Source: Camelus dromedarius (taxonomy: Eukaryota). From it: a stretch of DNA of 64,000 nt. The position numbers and the translations under genes were made by a program. The stretch lies in assembly GCF_036321535.1 (NCBI RefSeq), contig NC_087437.1, positions 46,688,001 to 46,752,000 on the forward strand. The letters are read 5' to 3'. The notes under the pieces were generated by a model. It searched no databases, was not told the origin of the DNA, and worked only from the letters and a program-made list of their open reading frames with translations. Shown here piece after piece: positions 11,655 to 26,199 of the stretch. Every line of letters starts with the position of its first letter. The first letter of the stretch is position 1.

Positions 11655-11830
11655 TTTTGTTTTTGAACTAAAATGTATGTACAGAAAAGTATACATATCA
11701 GATTTTTACATCCAGGTACATCACACACACACCTGTGTAACCAGCCCAGGTTCAACATTCAGAACAGCACCAGCTTCAGAAACACCCTTCATGCTCTTTC
11801 CCAGTCACTATTCTCCTCAGAAGTCACCCT
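11655..11830 (-). mobile_element. L1ME-type 3' terminal fragment
   Basis: 'acagaaaagtataca..acacacctgtgtaaccagcccagg..cagcttcagaaacacccttcatgctctttcccagtcact'. Confidence 0.7.
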
Positions 11831-12569
11831 GTTGCCTTTTCATTTGGTGTGCTTTACTTTCCTTATCATTTCTTCTTTTTTAAAAAATAGGTGTCATATC
11901 TTCTTGTATCTCAGGGAGGATACAAAATATTACTCTAAAATTTTCTCCAGGTTCCTGCAGTAGGATTCTCTTCAGAGGCTTGCTCCTTGACTCAATTTTC
12001 ATGACGCTTCCTTTCTCTTTCATTAGTCTTTTATCATAGTCCCACCCCCTCTTTTTAGGAAATGGGGAAAAAAATCTGTCTGAACTCATGGTTAGCTCAG
12101 ATAGGATATCTGGATTTCCCATGGCTTTCCTATTAGTAAACCACCTGCTGGTTGAATCCGTTTCTCAGGTCTTTAGCTGATCATCAACAAAACCTAACCG
12201 TTCTTCATCTAAATTTTTTTTTTTTTGCCCAACAGTGGCGAGATTTCCTCATTATTCCACTGCCTTTCTGTGATGCTATGAACTAATAAAGGACTCAAAA
12301 ATTAGAACTTTTACTTATACCCTGCCAAAGTTCAGTCTTTAAAAATCCTGCCCGCTGCATTTGCTTGTTGGATCCACACATGTCAGGGTGTATTCTGCCC
12401 CGCTCTGCCTTCAGTTTCTAGATCACCCAGCTTCTATCTCCACTCTACCAATTTGCAGTCTTGAAATTAATGTAGAATGATGAGGTTCCTGAAACAGTAG
12501 TCCTCTGAGCACTGCTAATTGTGATAGCCACAAAGAAAAAACTGGTGAGTTTAGAATAATCCAGGGCCT

Positions 12570-12712
12570 GCCTTCTCAGAATGTGGCCTCCTGAGCAGAA
12601 GCATCAGCATTCAACCAGAGTTTAGGGCTCACCCCAGACCCACTGATCAGAATCTGCTTTTTTTGCAAGATGCCTAGAATTCCTATACACACTAAAGTTT
12701 GATTAGCACTGA
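12570..12712. mobile_element. MER5A-like MITE
   Basis: 'ttctcagaatgtgg..cagcatc..ccccagacccactgatcagaatctgc..aaagtttga..cactg'. Confidence 0.8.
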
Positions 12713-12777
12713 CCTCAGAAACTTTTGAAAAAAAATGGTGCCTTCCCTTATCCTGTAAGTTTTTTAGAGTGAAACCA

Positions 12778-13425
12778 TGTATTAGTATTTTATTACTGCT
12801 ATAACAAATTACCACAAACTTAATGGCTTGCAACAGCACTGATTTATTATTTCATCGTTCTGTAGGTCAGAAGTCCAGTGGGCTCAGCTGGTTTCTCTGC
12901 TCCAAGTCTGCAAGGCGCATATGAAGTTGTGGGCGGGGCTGCTTTCCTTTTCGGAGGCTCTGGAAGAGATCCCTTCTGGGCTGATTGACGCTATTGGCAG
13001 AACTCGTCTCCTTGCAGTTACAGAGCGGAGGACCCTGTTTCTCTGCTGTGGCTGAGGCGCATACTTGGTTTCTAGGGCCTCCTGCATTTCTTGGTTCCTG
13101 GCCTCTGTCCTCACAGCCGGTGATAATGGATTGAGTCCTTCCGGTTCTCTGGGTCTTTCTGATCTCCCTTTCTGGCTCACCTGCCCTGGCTTCTCTTCTG
13201 CAGTATATCGCTGACCCTCTGCTTTCCTTGTCTGCTTTCAGGGCCCATGTAATGATATAGGCACACCTGGATAATCCAGGATAATTTCATTATTTTAAAA
13301 TTAGTTGATTAGCAACTAGACTTAATTTCATCTGAAAAATTCCCTTTACATGCTTACATTAGAGTTTGATGGGATAATCAGAGCATGGGAATGTTGTGTG
13401 TATGTGTGTAATTCTGCCTACTTCA
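12778..13425. mobile_element. MaLR LTR (MLT1-type)
   Basis: TG..CA ends ('tgtattagt..ctgctataacaaattaccacaaactt' to 'ttctgcctacttca'); 5-bp TSD aacca/agcca. Confidence 0.88.
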
Positions 13426-13573
13426 AGCCATCTTCTGGGGCTTCTAACATGTGACCAGGGTTGAGAATCACTAGTACAGACCTCAGATTTCTGCTCTAGG
13501 AGGACAGCAGTAGGTGTTCCCCACTGTCTTTCAGCAATGTTGGAGTGCTTTTTTCTAGGAAGTTAAAAAAAAT

Positions 13574-13599
13574 ACACACACACACACACACACACACAT
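13574..13599 (+). repeat. (CA)n microsatellite
   Basis: About 12 units seen directly. Confidence 0.95.
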
Positions 13600-15144
13600 A
13601 CTAGTTTTTTCTCTCAATTGACATTAGCTTTATTTATTTTTGGAAGGGATGTCTCCAGTGGTGGTTTGTAGGTGTTTGCGTTTGGACAACATCACAGACT
13701 ATCTGTGAGTGGGTGTCAGCCTAGCGGGAGTTGGGGAGAGGCAGTTATCAGGCTAGCCTGGTGCCAAGTTAAGCCAGAAATCTCTACTCCTTATTGAAGC
13801 TGAGATTTTGCTACTTTAATTTTGATTTTCCATTTTTCAACCACGAAAATCAGGACTTGAAGAGATTAAAGGCTTTTTGCAAAGGCACATATATAGCATG
13901 AAATGAGTTATCTGGCCTGCTAAAAAAAATCAGTCTTTAACATTTACCTTCTGGGGAAATGAGCTATATGTTGTGCAATTTACTTTTATTTCTTTCGAAT
14001 CACTAATATGTCATTTTAACTTAAGGGGAGGAAGTAAGTGATCCAGTCTATGCATTTCTGACCAAGCTTGTTACATTTCTGTGAGGATAAGGCATGTTTG
14101 CAGGTGATGAACCTCTGTGTGCACTTGGTGGAATAGTTATTAGCAAAAGAGGGAAAGGTTAGGTTTGGATCCAGTGCAAAAGTTCATGGTGTTGAGAGTT
14201 GAGATTTCGTAACCCAGGGTCAGGATTGAGCTATTCCAAGTCTCTGGCTCTTAGAGACAGAATTTTCAGAGAGTTATGTGTATTTTTACTTTTTAAGAAC
14301 TTTGATAGAAAAATAAAGCCATTTTTCACGGTCCCCTTTTTCAGTGGTAAGCCCTGTTTAAGTCATGAGTGTCTGTTTTTGCTGAACAATAAATTGGCAG
14401 AGTTAATCAGTGCCAATTCTTAATTATCAGTGGTAACAGAAGAAGGGGAAACTTTAGACACTTAGAATCCCTTGATAATAATTTTAGCCATGCATATAAA
14501 AACTAAACTGATTCCTTCATTCCTGGTTCTTGAGGCCAGGCCTGTTCACAGGCCCAGCCTGCTTATATCTCACAAATGCTAGCTCATGACTTTGGAATAA
14601 CTCAGACACTTCTGATTCTTTTCTTCTGGTTTCTTTTCCTTTACTCTTGTCTCTATGACCCTGAAGTTCGACTTCATAATTTACCATTAGATTTCAACCT
14701 CTGGTCTCCCAAAGTGAAATGATCTTTCTGACCCTCTCTCGTCACCATGGGCCTTGGCACTATTGCGGTTTTCACTTATTAATTTCTCATGTGTTAGTGT
14801 CTGTCTCATTTTGTTGGTGAGGACTTCAGCTCCCCTCCTGCTTACAGCAGGTCACCCCAGAACGGTGGCTTGGCTTGGCCAATTTTAGCCACTGTTTAAA
14901 AGGTAACAGTGAGGAGCTATTCAGTCATTACTGAGCAGTCACTAGAATTAATAAAATGGATGTGAAGTTTATCACTTTATTCTTGTTTACGTCTTCATTA
15001 CTCTACCCAGAAAGGTCAAAATACAGTTAGTGAGATATTTGGTTTAGAAAACAGCAGTGCGGATAATAGCCACGTTGTATAACTGGCTATATTCTATCTT
15101 ATAATCATAGAGATACAGCCTAGGCTACCATTAGAATGGAATCT

Positions 15145-15560
15145 TAAAGTCATGATATTAGAGCTAAAAGGGATTTTAGTGATTTAGTAACCTGGTCTAG
15201 TATTTGGTTCATGAGAGTTCCTTGAGATGCCCCCCCCACCCCACCCCCTAAGGAGCTACCACAGGAAGTTAGGGTGGGAGAAGGGGAGAAGAACAGAGGG
15301 GTAAATAAGGGGAGAACCAGGAGGGTGAGACCCCTCACCCCATTTCAATAGCAGCATCTCAGCCGTTACCTGTTTTACTCATGTAAATTCTAAGAAATAT
15401 TTTTATTTGAACAAAGGCTATTGTGAATTAAGTACATTGAAAACTGGATCTGCTTTAATCCATCATTCTCCACTCGATGAAATAAAGCCCAGAGAAGTGA
15501 AGTGGCTAAGATCATGAGAAGGCCAGTCTCTCAGTTCCTATGCCAGTTTGCTTCCCACAG
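15145..15560. mobile_element. MIR-type element interrupted by probable hAT MITE
   Basis: 'ttagagctaaaaggga..ttag' and 'gatgaaataaagcccagagaagtgaagtggct' flank a MER-like insert. Confidence 0.45.
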
Positions 15561-18500
15561 TCAAAATCCTCATGCTTCTCTGGGTAACCTAGTAAATAAC
15601 ACTATGTGGAGTTCACATTTACAAATTGTTGAGCAAATCTTCTAATTTTATGTTTACATACATGCAAGGTGAAGAGAATACCAGGAAATGAAATGTGTTT
15701 CCAGACTTTAAGTAGTTCACTGTTTAATGATAGAATCTGTTTTTGGGGAAAAAAAAATCACAATACCCAGGAATCACAGGCAAGACTGAAGGCAGTTTCA
15801 TATAATTTGTTTCAATACAATTTAATCAATTTAATACAATTAAATCAACAAATATTGTGACATGAATGAATGAATAATGTTACCATGTAATATTTACATT
15901 TAGTTGGTAACAATTTTTATAGTTGTCTACAATAGCCTTAGACATGGAATTGTAAAAATTAAATTATAAACATATTAGGTGGTAAATGCCAGGATTTTAT
16001 ACATTTCCATTATTGGAAACTATGTCATATTTTCTTTTTTCAACTTGTTCTCTATTTCCTGAAAATATTTATGAAAAATAACAGTTGATCGCCTCTAAAT
16101 TGCATCTCATATTTCAAAATATATGACGTTGAATCTTGACTCAGTTGCTATCGACAGTTAATTTACATAGTTAATTCCTAAGTACGGTGGACTCACTTGG
16201 TAAACATTTTGTATGTAATCATATGTATTATAAGTATTGCTATAACACTGATTCATTTACTAATTTAACAAAGAATTTACTCAGATTTTGCTGCTTCCTG
16301 TGCTGAGAACTAAGTTCTCTCCCCTCAAGGGGCTCACAACCTAGTTGTAGGTTCTTCTATCTTACGTTTTTCTTCTCCAGATAAAAAAATTGAATTGTGC
16401 ACCGGAAAAAAATATAGTATCAACAAATCATAAACGTATAAATACGTAATGAAAGAAAACACTCTCATTATAAAGCAATCTTCATTCCAGAATAAAATAC
16501 ACCATGGATGCCTTTTGAATTAGTAGAGAAAATACGCTCTTTTGCTGTACAAACATACAGGGATAAACCCTACAAACTGATAGAAGATATTTAAAGATTA
16601 AATATCTTAAAAAATAAGTATCTCTAAAAAATAACTATTATATGAAATGAACTCATATGTTGGATAGGTTTACCAGCCACCAAGCTAAATGTAGGAGCAA
16701 CAGAATCTCTGTAACTCAAAATGAAATCAACATATTCGCTTCTTAGTGAAGGTGGCAAAGGGAGCAGTATTGACTCATTTGCAAACTTATACATAGTAAT
16801 TTCTCTTTTCCTATCTGCTCTTTCTCACCTCCCTAATGTAGCATCATCTAGATTGCCTCAAGTTAATCATGCCCAGGAGGCCACTTTGGGGGATATTATC
16901 AGGCCTCCAGTGAAGGGAATCAAGCTGATCAAAGGAAAGGAAGTGATGCATTGAATTGTTTCATAATGACATTCATTTCTCAGTGACCTTCCACCAAGCG
17001 ATCTGATTTTTTTTTTTTTTTTTTTTTAATAAATCAGCACAACATGCAACTCTCAGTCTCTCAGTGATTGCGGAAAGAAAAAAAAAAAAGTTAAGTGTTC
17101 GCAAGGAGGCTTTCAACGTGTTGTCGCCTGGCCAGAGATTTAGGTCATGAGAGTTGAAATAACTCTGAGCCCTGGTGCCCTGCACTGCTATTAAACACCA
17201 GTTAGTGTGTAGATGTGTCCTCAGCTGGCAGATGAAAAGGTCTAAAGTTCAGATTGTTAAGTCATAATGAAGCCACAAGATCCATGTTCTTTATGAGAGA
17301 AATGTCAGCTCTGGAAAGTCTCTTAAACTGTAAAGGACACTTCATTACATAGAAGAACTGACTTAATATACTTTGCAAATGGCTTCATAACATTCAATTT
17401 TGAGAATCATTTCCATTCTTTTACTCACAGTACATAGGGAAATTAGCTGAAATATTTATCTTAGCGTCTCTCTAAGTTTTATAGCACTAGTCAAAAACTA
17501 ATTAGACTCTGGCAATTAAATCCTGCATGTAAGCTTTTCTTTTTTCTCAAGGAGTTTTACTTGTTATGCAACTTCTTCTATTGCAGAGAGTGGCCTATTT
17601 AACTTAAAGGATTCTAGTTTAATTTTTTTAAATGCCATCAAGCTTATTCAGTTTTTTTTCCTTTTGTATCTAACAGGTACTTAGGGAAAGAGAAAATGGA
17701 GGAGGTCAATGACCACAACAAGTAAGCATCTAATGAACATGATCCAGAGTAGGAAGGAAGATTTCTCATCATGTCGGGTCCCTGGGCAGGCAGGATCCCT
17801 CCCAGAGATGTCCTGCAAACCTCCTCTCTACCTGACAAGGCAAGGACTGATGTGGGGCCAGATCAAGTATAATATTAATCTGTAAACTCAGGGCGAATAG
17901 GTGTCCCTTCTTCCCTGACAAAGAATTTCAAAGTGTGGCTGTCTGCATGGCTTGCTCCCCTGCGAGCTCTCCCTTTTGGAATTGCTCGATCTGGTTGTTG
18001 GTTCTCCTTTTGTATGGTAGGTGGGTCTTGGGCTACTTCCCAAAGGAGGGGACCCTCCTGTATTAGAAAGTCTCAGCCGTGTATGAGTTAGTATAACTCT
18101 GCTCTTAGCCCAAGATACAAATGCTTCCCTTCCTTTGATGCGTTTGCGTGTGTGTATGTAGGGGAGGGGATTTCCTAGAGCCATCTGAGTGGCAAGATCA
18201 GCAGGGCAAGATTAAGATGTAAGCCTGTCATAAATCTTCCAAGGAGCCTTTATTTATTTATTTATTTGGGCTGGGTTTTAGACTAAAGGCCAGATATTTT
18301 CACTGTGGCTTTCCAGTGACTAGGTCTATCTCACCAGAGCTGGGAGGTTTCAGAGAAGGGTTTGTGGTGTGGTGATAGCCATATGAAGATATTTTGAAGT
18401 AATGGGTCTTCTATTCAAATTTCCCTTGGGAATACTTGGTAGGAAAATACTTGCTAAATATTGGAGACCTGGAATCCCAAACATCTCTAACTGTTTCTTG

Positions 18501-19163
18501 AGAAATTTGAACAATATTAATTGTCCCAGCTTTAAAATCAATGGAAACAATGAAAAAACATATTACCATAAATGATGCTAGGTACATGCTTGATTATTGT
18601 TAGAGTCAGTCTGAATCAGTGAGTGAAGGCCACTTGGTTATAAACACACATATATGTAGAAACTAGAGTGAAGTTTTGTAGTGAAATATATTAGGAAATA
18701 CAGAAAAGACATTGGCCCTGTTTTCTATACATTTATAACTTAGTCATAGATTTAACTGAATATAAGAATGGAAAGAGGCTGAGAAGTCAAAGTTAGAAAC
18801 ATCCTCAAGTTTAGATACTGAAAATTTTTATTTATCTACTTAATCATTAATCATATATTTCAGTGCCTTCTCTTTCAAGGCACTACTTGATCCTGTGACT
18901 GATGTAGAGGTAAGTCAGGCATGGTTCAAGGAGTTACTTGTCTGTAAAGGGAATGAAATATTTACACAAATAGTAAGACTACATGGGGGAAATACAGACC
19001 AAAGACTGTGGAAGGAAGGAAACTGAGCCAGGCTTTGAAAGCTGAGTCAAATAGAGAAGGGGCATTTAGTTAAATATAATGTGTGTTGAGCCTATTTGTA
19101 AATGAATAGCATTAACGAATGTCAGCAATTTTTTTGAAATTTAGGAAGATCTGTTTGGTTTTG

Positions 19164-19362
19164 TGTGGTAGGCAGAATTCCAAGATGGCCCCCAAGATTC
19201 CTGCTCCCTGGGTTCATGCCCAAATGATCCCCCTTAGAGTATAAAAGGAGCCTGCAAATACAGTAGCTGTCATTCTGTGATTAGGTTACAGGACACGAAA
19301 AAAGATGCAGGGATTTTTGCAGATGTAACTAAGGTCCCTAATTAGTTGATTTTGAGTTAATG
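19164..19362. mobile_element. MaLR LTR (MLT1-type) fragment
   Basis: 'tgtggtaggcagaattccaagatggcccccaagattcc..tttgcagatgtaactaaggtccctaattagttga'. Confidence 0.85.
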
Positions 19363-22300
19363 TGCTGGCTTTCCTTTTTTGCTTCCTCTTTTACAATCAC
19401 TTTTCTTCTATTTTGATAAAAAAAAAGGTCAACTCCCACCTACCCTGAGTCTTACTCTGATAAACTACCCTGGAGTGAAAATACTCTGAGGTGCCAAACA
19501 GAAAACAAAACAAATGTTTGAAACACTGGGGTTGACCAAGCCTCCTGTAATCATGTCACTGTCAGTCATGGTAGGATTCCCCATCCTGGGGTCCCCATCT
19601 TACACACATTTGGGTTAAGGCAAAGCTTGGCATTAGAAACAGGATTTACGGCCTGCGTCAAGGTGATAGGAATTCAGAAATTGGCCAGCAGAATTGATGA
19701 TGGCGTATTTTATTCAGTACACTCGCTTCTTCCACCCACTGTGTTGTCAAATCCTGAATGTCTCCAAGGACTGGTCCTGGTGGTAAGAGGTACTACAGGT
19801 TGTGGCATCTTTTTTCACCCAGTCAATAAACTCATGGCAATGCTTAATATCTACCTCTATCTTAGAATTAGAATAATTAAGATTTGTGAAAGCATGTTGG
19901 TAAATGCTCTTCAGAGTGCCCTCTCTGCACTTTCGCCATTCTCAGTCTTGAGAGCTTGGTAAGCATTTTCATGTATTTGCGTTTCTGTCTGCATCTGAGG
20001 GGCATATTCTGCATGATTTCAAAGAAAGGGAGATAATGAAACTTTACTTCCAATAGATTATTAAATATTTGAGAAAAAGGGACTCATATGGGAGGCAAAT
20101 TGTTATTTTGTATTTCATTGAGAAGTTATTCAGACTCATAGAAAAGTACTTCCATCTTTGGCCAAAAAATTATCAGATTATTGAATCCTTTAATATTTAA
20201 TGTTTAATTGTTTGTGGTTACAGGAAAAACTATATATATAAATATATAGGTAGTTGTTGTGGCGACATGTAAGATGATCAATAAAACACTTCCAAGCATA
20301 AAACTACATTAGGGTAAAATTCTAGGGGAGAAGAATGGACATATTAATTTAGGGGAAAAGTGAGTGATGTAAAAATTCTGGCTGTTAAAGAAGATGATTT
20401 TAAGTGTGTTTTAAATGGGTAATGGTGGTTATCAAATTATTATATTATTTAGATTTCATTGAATACATATAAAGTAATGCAATAATTATATAGTAAACAC
20501 TACTATAATGTTTATTGAAGACATAAATATTTAGAATTACATTTTTATAACAATTTAAACGTGCAATAAAATTTTTTCAATACCAGCTTAAAAATATATA
20601 AGAAGATACATGGTTTTATAACATTCTTTAAGAGGATCTGTGAATAGAAAGTTTCAGGATGAAAGATGGGAGAGACAATGTTGGAAATTAAAGTGTTTAA
20701 TTTAACCCACTGGGGGAAATCACAGAAACTGTATTCAGTAAGCAAGAGTGAGCAGAGGACAGTTTGAGAAACACGGTGTTGCTTCTTATTTTAGGTGCCC
20801 TGACCAGTCCCTCAAGCGTGCCAGAGATTCTGCCAAGGCTCTGTGATCAGACTGTGCTTCGGGAGAGTGTGTGTGAAATGCAAATCAAACTTTGCAGTAT
20901 AAGCAAAGGTTTCACTATTGAATTGTTTTGGGATAGTAAACTGCAGAATCATTTTCTGTTGACTATGTATTTGATTACTTCTTTGAAGGGGCCCGACCCT
21001 TCTGAGCAATACTGAAGGCAATGTTAAAGGCTTGTACCATCCCAGGCCAACTTACCCAGGAAACCATAGGAGTTACCATTTACCTCAGTCCTGAATTTCT
21101 GGATATCCAAACAAATAAGTAGAATAGACCAGATGTGGAAGAAAAATAAAACAAAACTGCATAGTTCTTTTCCTGTACTGACTTGCCCACAGTCAATGGA
21201 AAACACAAGAGGTCAGCAGTCCCCAGAGCTGAATGCTGACATTAACCCTTTTATACAGACATCAGATTCTTACCTTTCACGATGTCATTCTTTGTAGCAC
21301 AAAATTCTCCTCCACTTTCCCTTAGATCTTTTATCAAGAAGGTTACCAGAACAAGTATTTTACTGCCCCTTATTACATGTTTATTTATTTGCATCTTTTT
21401 TCTCATTATAATATCATAAATATTCTGACATCATAATGAATAAGACTCCCCATTGTCATTATCTTGGGAGGATAACATGAACAGTTCCTGCTCAGTTGAA
21501 CTTTCTGCTTCAAGAGATAAAATCTATGTGCTTAACTCACCTCACTTTTGCAATGGCACACATTCTGTGGTGTAACCTGCCTTATTCTGACTCTCTCCAC
21601 CAGGTCTTATTAACACACAATCTAGAATTCACTCTTTTACAAATTGTGTATTTGCTAAACCTATTTCTCCTTTAATAATGAATTCACCTTTTGAGAAGCA
21701 ATGCCATCTTATCGTTGTACATTTCTGTAAATGAAGATGACTACAGTAGCAATCAACCTATTTATTAGAACGTGATCTTCTCATCCTGTCACTTTAGGGA
21801 GGGCTGCACTGATCAAGATCAAAGGATCTGAAAAGGCTGTCAGTGAAGGCAAGTGAAAGAATTTGGGTTTCTCCATGAAAAATGAGATAAATGAGTAGAG
21901 TTCCCTTGCATGATTTTAATGGGTATGTTACTACTCCCTGAGGACCTGGAACAGAAGCATGCATCTAGAGGTTGAAAAAGCAGCTGAGATCCTGAGGGGA
22001 AAAAATACTATTTTAATATGCAGTGGTATTCTCCTCCCCAAATTTACTTATGCTTTCATATTACAAAAGGTTAAAGCATGACTGACACATCATATGTGGA
22101 CCGAAGTTCTTCTGCCACCCATGTAGGTCAGGGCTATTTCCTGCACTGGCGGCTTTATTGGCTGACAGGTTGGCTGCTCTCTGTCAGGCCCTCATCTGTC
22201 TCTTAATTTAACATGAGGCTAATCAAATGTCAGTGTGTATCTATAAAAAGACTTTATCAAAGGTTTGTAAGTTGGTCACATTCAGCTTAATAAAATGGAA

Positions 22301-25300
22301 TTCTGTTAACATAATTGGTTCATTTCATCACAATTACATATTATTCCAGAAATTTTCAGTGTTAGTTGTTGTTCATCTTTTTGTTTAAAGATGCATTGAT
22401 TGCCTTGTTTGGGGCTGTATGCCTAGATATCCAGAGAACAAAATGAAAGATTGAGGTTATTATCATAACAACTGCATCACCGTTTACTGCTGTGAGTATC
22501 GTTTTCTGACACTGAGATCCTAAAAGGAGCACCACACGGGATATAACCATCCTATTACATGTGTGTGGGTGCTTTAAAAGAGGTGTGCTCATCTTCACAC
22601 AAAGATAGTTTATTAAAGGAAAATGCAACTTTTAGCAGAATGCTTTTTATACAACCCCGTATTTATATAGCCTTTATTTTTCCTTGATGATACTAATAGA
22701 TTGCATAGTATTTTGATGCCTCTGTTAAGTAGGTACAGATTATCCCTTAAGTCTTATAGCATACCCTTCATTAGAAAACTAGAAAAATTAGTTACATTTG
22801 ATACATCGTTGTCATACCAGTATTGTTTGCTCTTATAAAATGGATTTGCATTCATATTTCATATTTAATTTTGTGCATTTTGTGGACAAAAGTTCTGCAT
22901 TTTAATTGCCTGTTTATAATGGCTGATTGATTAAATAAATCCCCCTGAATCCATCCCACTAATTACTTACTTTCCTGTTTGTATAAAAGTGTATACATTC
23001 ATGTTGCTGTAAGATGAATACAAAAAGATTTATTTTCTATTCACCTGACATAAATTTGCAGCAAATATAGTTGAGTGGAGATATTAATAAATGATGTTTT
23101 ATTTTTTAAATTCTAAAATTTAATTTGTCATCTGAAGAAGACATTTTTAAGTGGAAATGCTTGAAATGGATTTACTTACAGACTTTATTAGGGAAAATAG
23201 TCCAGGATTTTAAAAGAAATGTTGAATAATAAATTAAACCTTAAAAATTGATCAGTAATAATTAACTTATTATTAATTATTTAAGAAAAATTTTCTTCAA
23301 ACTACAGGAGAAATTTTATAAATGCAAAAAAATTATCAAATTCAAATATAATGTGCCATACGGTAACAATATACATTAGAATGAAATTTTATTATAATGC
23401 ATGTAATGTTGAAAATTATATCCATAATTCTTGGATATGTGAGTTGAAACTGGGTATATCAGCTGCAAAGGAAATCTCAAAGTCAAAGATAGTATGCAAA
23501 GAGAAACATTAGTTTTGGTACCCTGTTAATGAATTTTTTTTCATTGGGTCCTAGAATTTTCTGGAGGGGCTTGTCAGGGTGAAATAGGAAAGGAGACTTA
23601 AGAGTAATTGCTGCCTGTCACAGGTAACAGATGATTACTTAATCCTTTCTTTAAAAAATAAAAGAAGACCCTTTTAAGACTCCATATTACTCAATTAAAG
23701 AAGACCCTTTCTTGTAAGAGATAAAACAACGTTTTCCTATTGAGGTCAGAACCATATTTTGTGTATTTATGTTAATTCTGTATTTCCCCCCAAATCATAA
23801 ATTTATAAGACACAGACAACATAAGATAAAGTTAGAAGTAGATACAATTTTTATTTTACCTACTTCCGTAGTATTTGAAAATTCAACAAGAAACAAATAC
23901 CACCTTTATAACCAGTAAAAATAAAGATAGTAACATTTCTAAAAAATAAAAAGAGTAACTGCTCCTTAATGGAAAAATGGAAGACCTTTAAGCACAGGCT
24001 ACCTGAACTTTCATCTCTTCTGTGCTGCAATGAAAAATACACCATTTGTTATTTTCCCTAGAGATAGCAAATGGTCCCTGGACAGAGAGCAAACACTCCT
24101 GTCACAGTGATATTCACTGTAAACAGATGCAGAAAATATTTATTACAGATCACACATGGATACTGTTTTGATTTTATTAATTTTTTTAAATTAGGCAGTA
24201 AATTTCACTGATGAACTTTTTGTTTTACAGTGATTAGTAGCACTGTTTAGGTAAGAATATTTTCTTGTAGAAACCTAAGTATGTTATTTCATATCTTTTT
24301 TTAAGGTACAAAAATATCACCAATGAATGCATGTTCTAAATAATAAAATAACTGTCTCATTCTTTTTCTGTGGCTTAACGTCTTGGAGTTATCATCAACA
24401 AATAAAAATACAACAATGTGATTTTTATATTTTCCTCTGCAATTATTTGAATGTATGGCATTTGCAGATGGATTACTTGTGGAAAAATTAAACACAAATG
24501 TTCTAAAATAGCTACTTCCCTTATGTAGGGATTATTTTAATATTTCTTAATCTTTTTATGTCATGTAGCCTGTTCAGTGAATTAATGCCCACAAATGTTG
24601 TCATGTGAATGTTTGATTTTAAGGGCTTAGGTTCTGGGCAAAGATTCTAATTTTTGGAAATAAGGCAGATGATTCAATATGTCTAGTTATTTTTATATTT
24701 AATACAGGTATAAAAACTTCATTATTTAAGAGCATAATTTCCTTTTAAGGAAGATGGATCCTTAAATAAAATCTGAAGGTTGTTGCTGACTGGGCTGCTA
24801 ATGGATCTCCTTCATGTGAACACTTGGGTCAGTTTTGGATATTCAAAGGTTTTCCTGGGGCTGGGTTCAGAAGATAGGACCAAAGAAAGATGAATGTTTT
24901 AGTGAGGAGAAGTTGGAGTTAGGAGCAGTTTGGGAGGGATGGAATGGATAAGGGAGAGAAGAATGAGGGCTAAGAGAGAGGGGAGCTAGCCATATAACAA
25001 AAGCCTGTATGCTCCATGGTGCCATTTATCTGATGAAAAAAAATCCCAGTTATAGGTTAAATGAAAGGGCTTTTCTGGAATAGGAAAATCTAACATTTAA
25101 TTTTCAGTTCTTGGCCTTAGGTAGGTAAACTCCACTTTGATCCATTATCATTTTATAATAACAGATGTCTACACAAAAGCTTTCTATGAGTAATTTTTGT
25201 TTGTTTGTTGGCTTATTTTTTCACTAATGACCATGATCAAGTGCCCTGCTTGTGCTGATACAGTGAAGAAAAGGTATAACACTCAAGACAGCTAAACAAT

Positions 25301-26199
25301 TCCTAAAGTAATTCTGTGGAAGCAAGAGCTAGGGTTAGAAGTGTCCATGAAAAACAAGCCCCCTGGAAATCTGCAGAAATCTTTGGTGGGACACTAGTCT
25401 TCCCTCAAGGCATCACTAGGAAAAAGGCTTGGGGCCATCATCCTTTCTTCTAAAAAGTCTGATAACTGCAGCTGACACTTGTGTTTCATAAATATTTAAG
25501 GTCATAAGGAATCATGACATTAACAGATTTATAAATGAATTGAATTCCACTCTCTGCAGTAACCTCAAAAATCACTCATAGAAACCTTCCAAAACCGTTG
25601 TCTTAGCTTCTCATGCAAGCACTTTTCCTATTTGAAGTACGCATTCCTTCATCTATTAAATAACTATTATATAGCTACTCTCCACCAGACACTGGAGCTC
25701 CTGTTTTGATAATGATTTTGATTATATACATGAAAACAAAATGTCAGTGCTGGATAATGGCAAACCTAAAAGTATGAATACATGAGGGTAAACTAGTCAG
25801 ACGACATGAAAAAATAGTATATTAGAGATGAAGACAATGTTTCTTACTCTTGAAATGTCTCATAGAGTTGATGTATCATCTTTCTATAAAACAAAAATGA
25901 AAAAGCAGCACGTTGGGTCATAAGTAATTTCTACATGCAGAAAACATTATACAAGAGTTTATTTTTCTTCTAAAGTCATATAGTTTAGAATGCTTTATTT
26001 TCATTGAAAAGAAAAGAAGTGGTAAATCATTACCATGAGCTTATTCTCCTTTGTGGCCATCCCATGTCCTTAGCCATGACTCATGGCCCCCTCCTGTGTT
26101 TCTGTGTGGGTAAACTGCTCCAGAAAAGTTAAGATCACTCACACTCCTATTGTCTATGGACTCATAGCAGCTTAAGTTCTAACAGGAATGCTTCAGGAT

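Noticed and set aside
16584..16608. 11-bp-arm palindrome aagatatttaa/ttaaatatctt
   Set aside because: Almost pure AT; expected by chance at this composition
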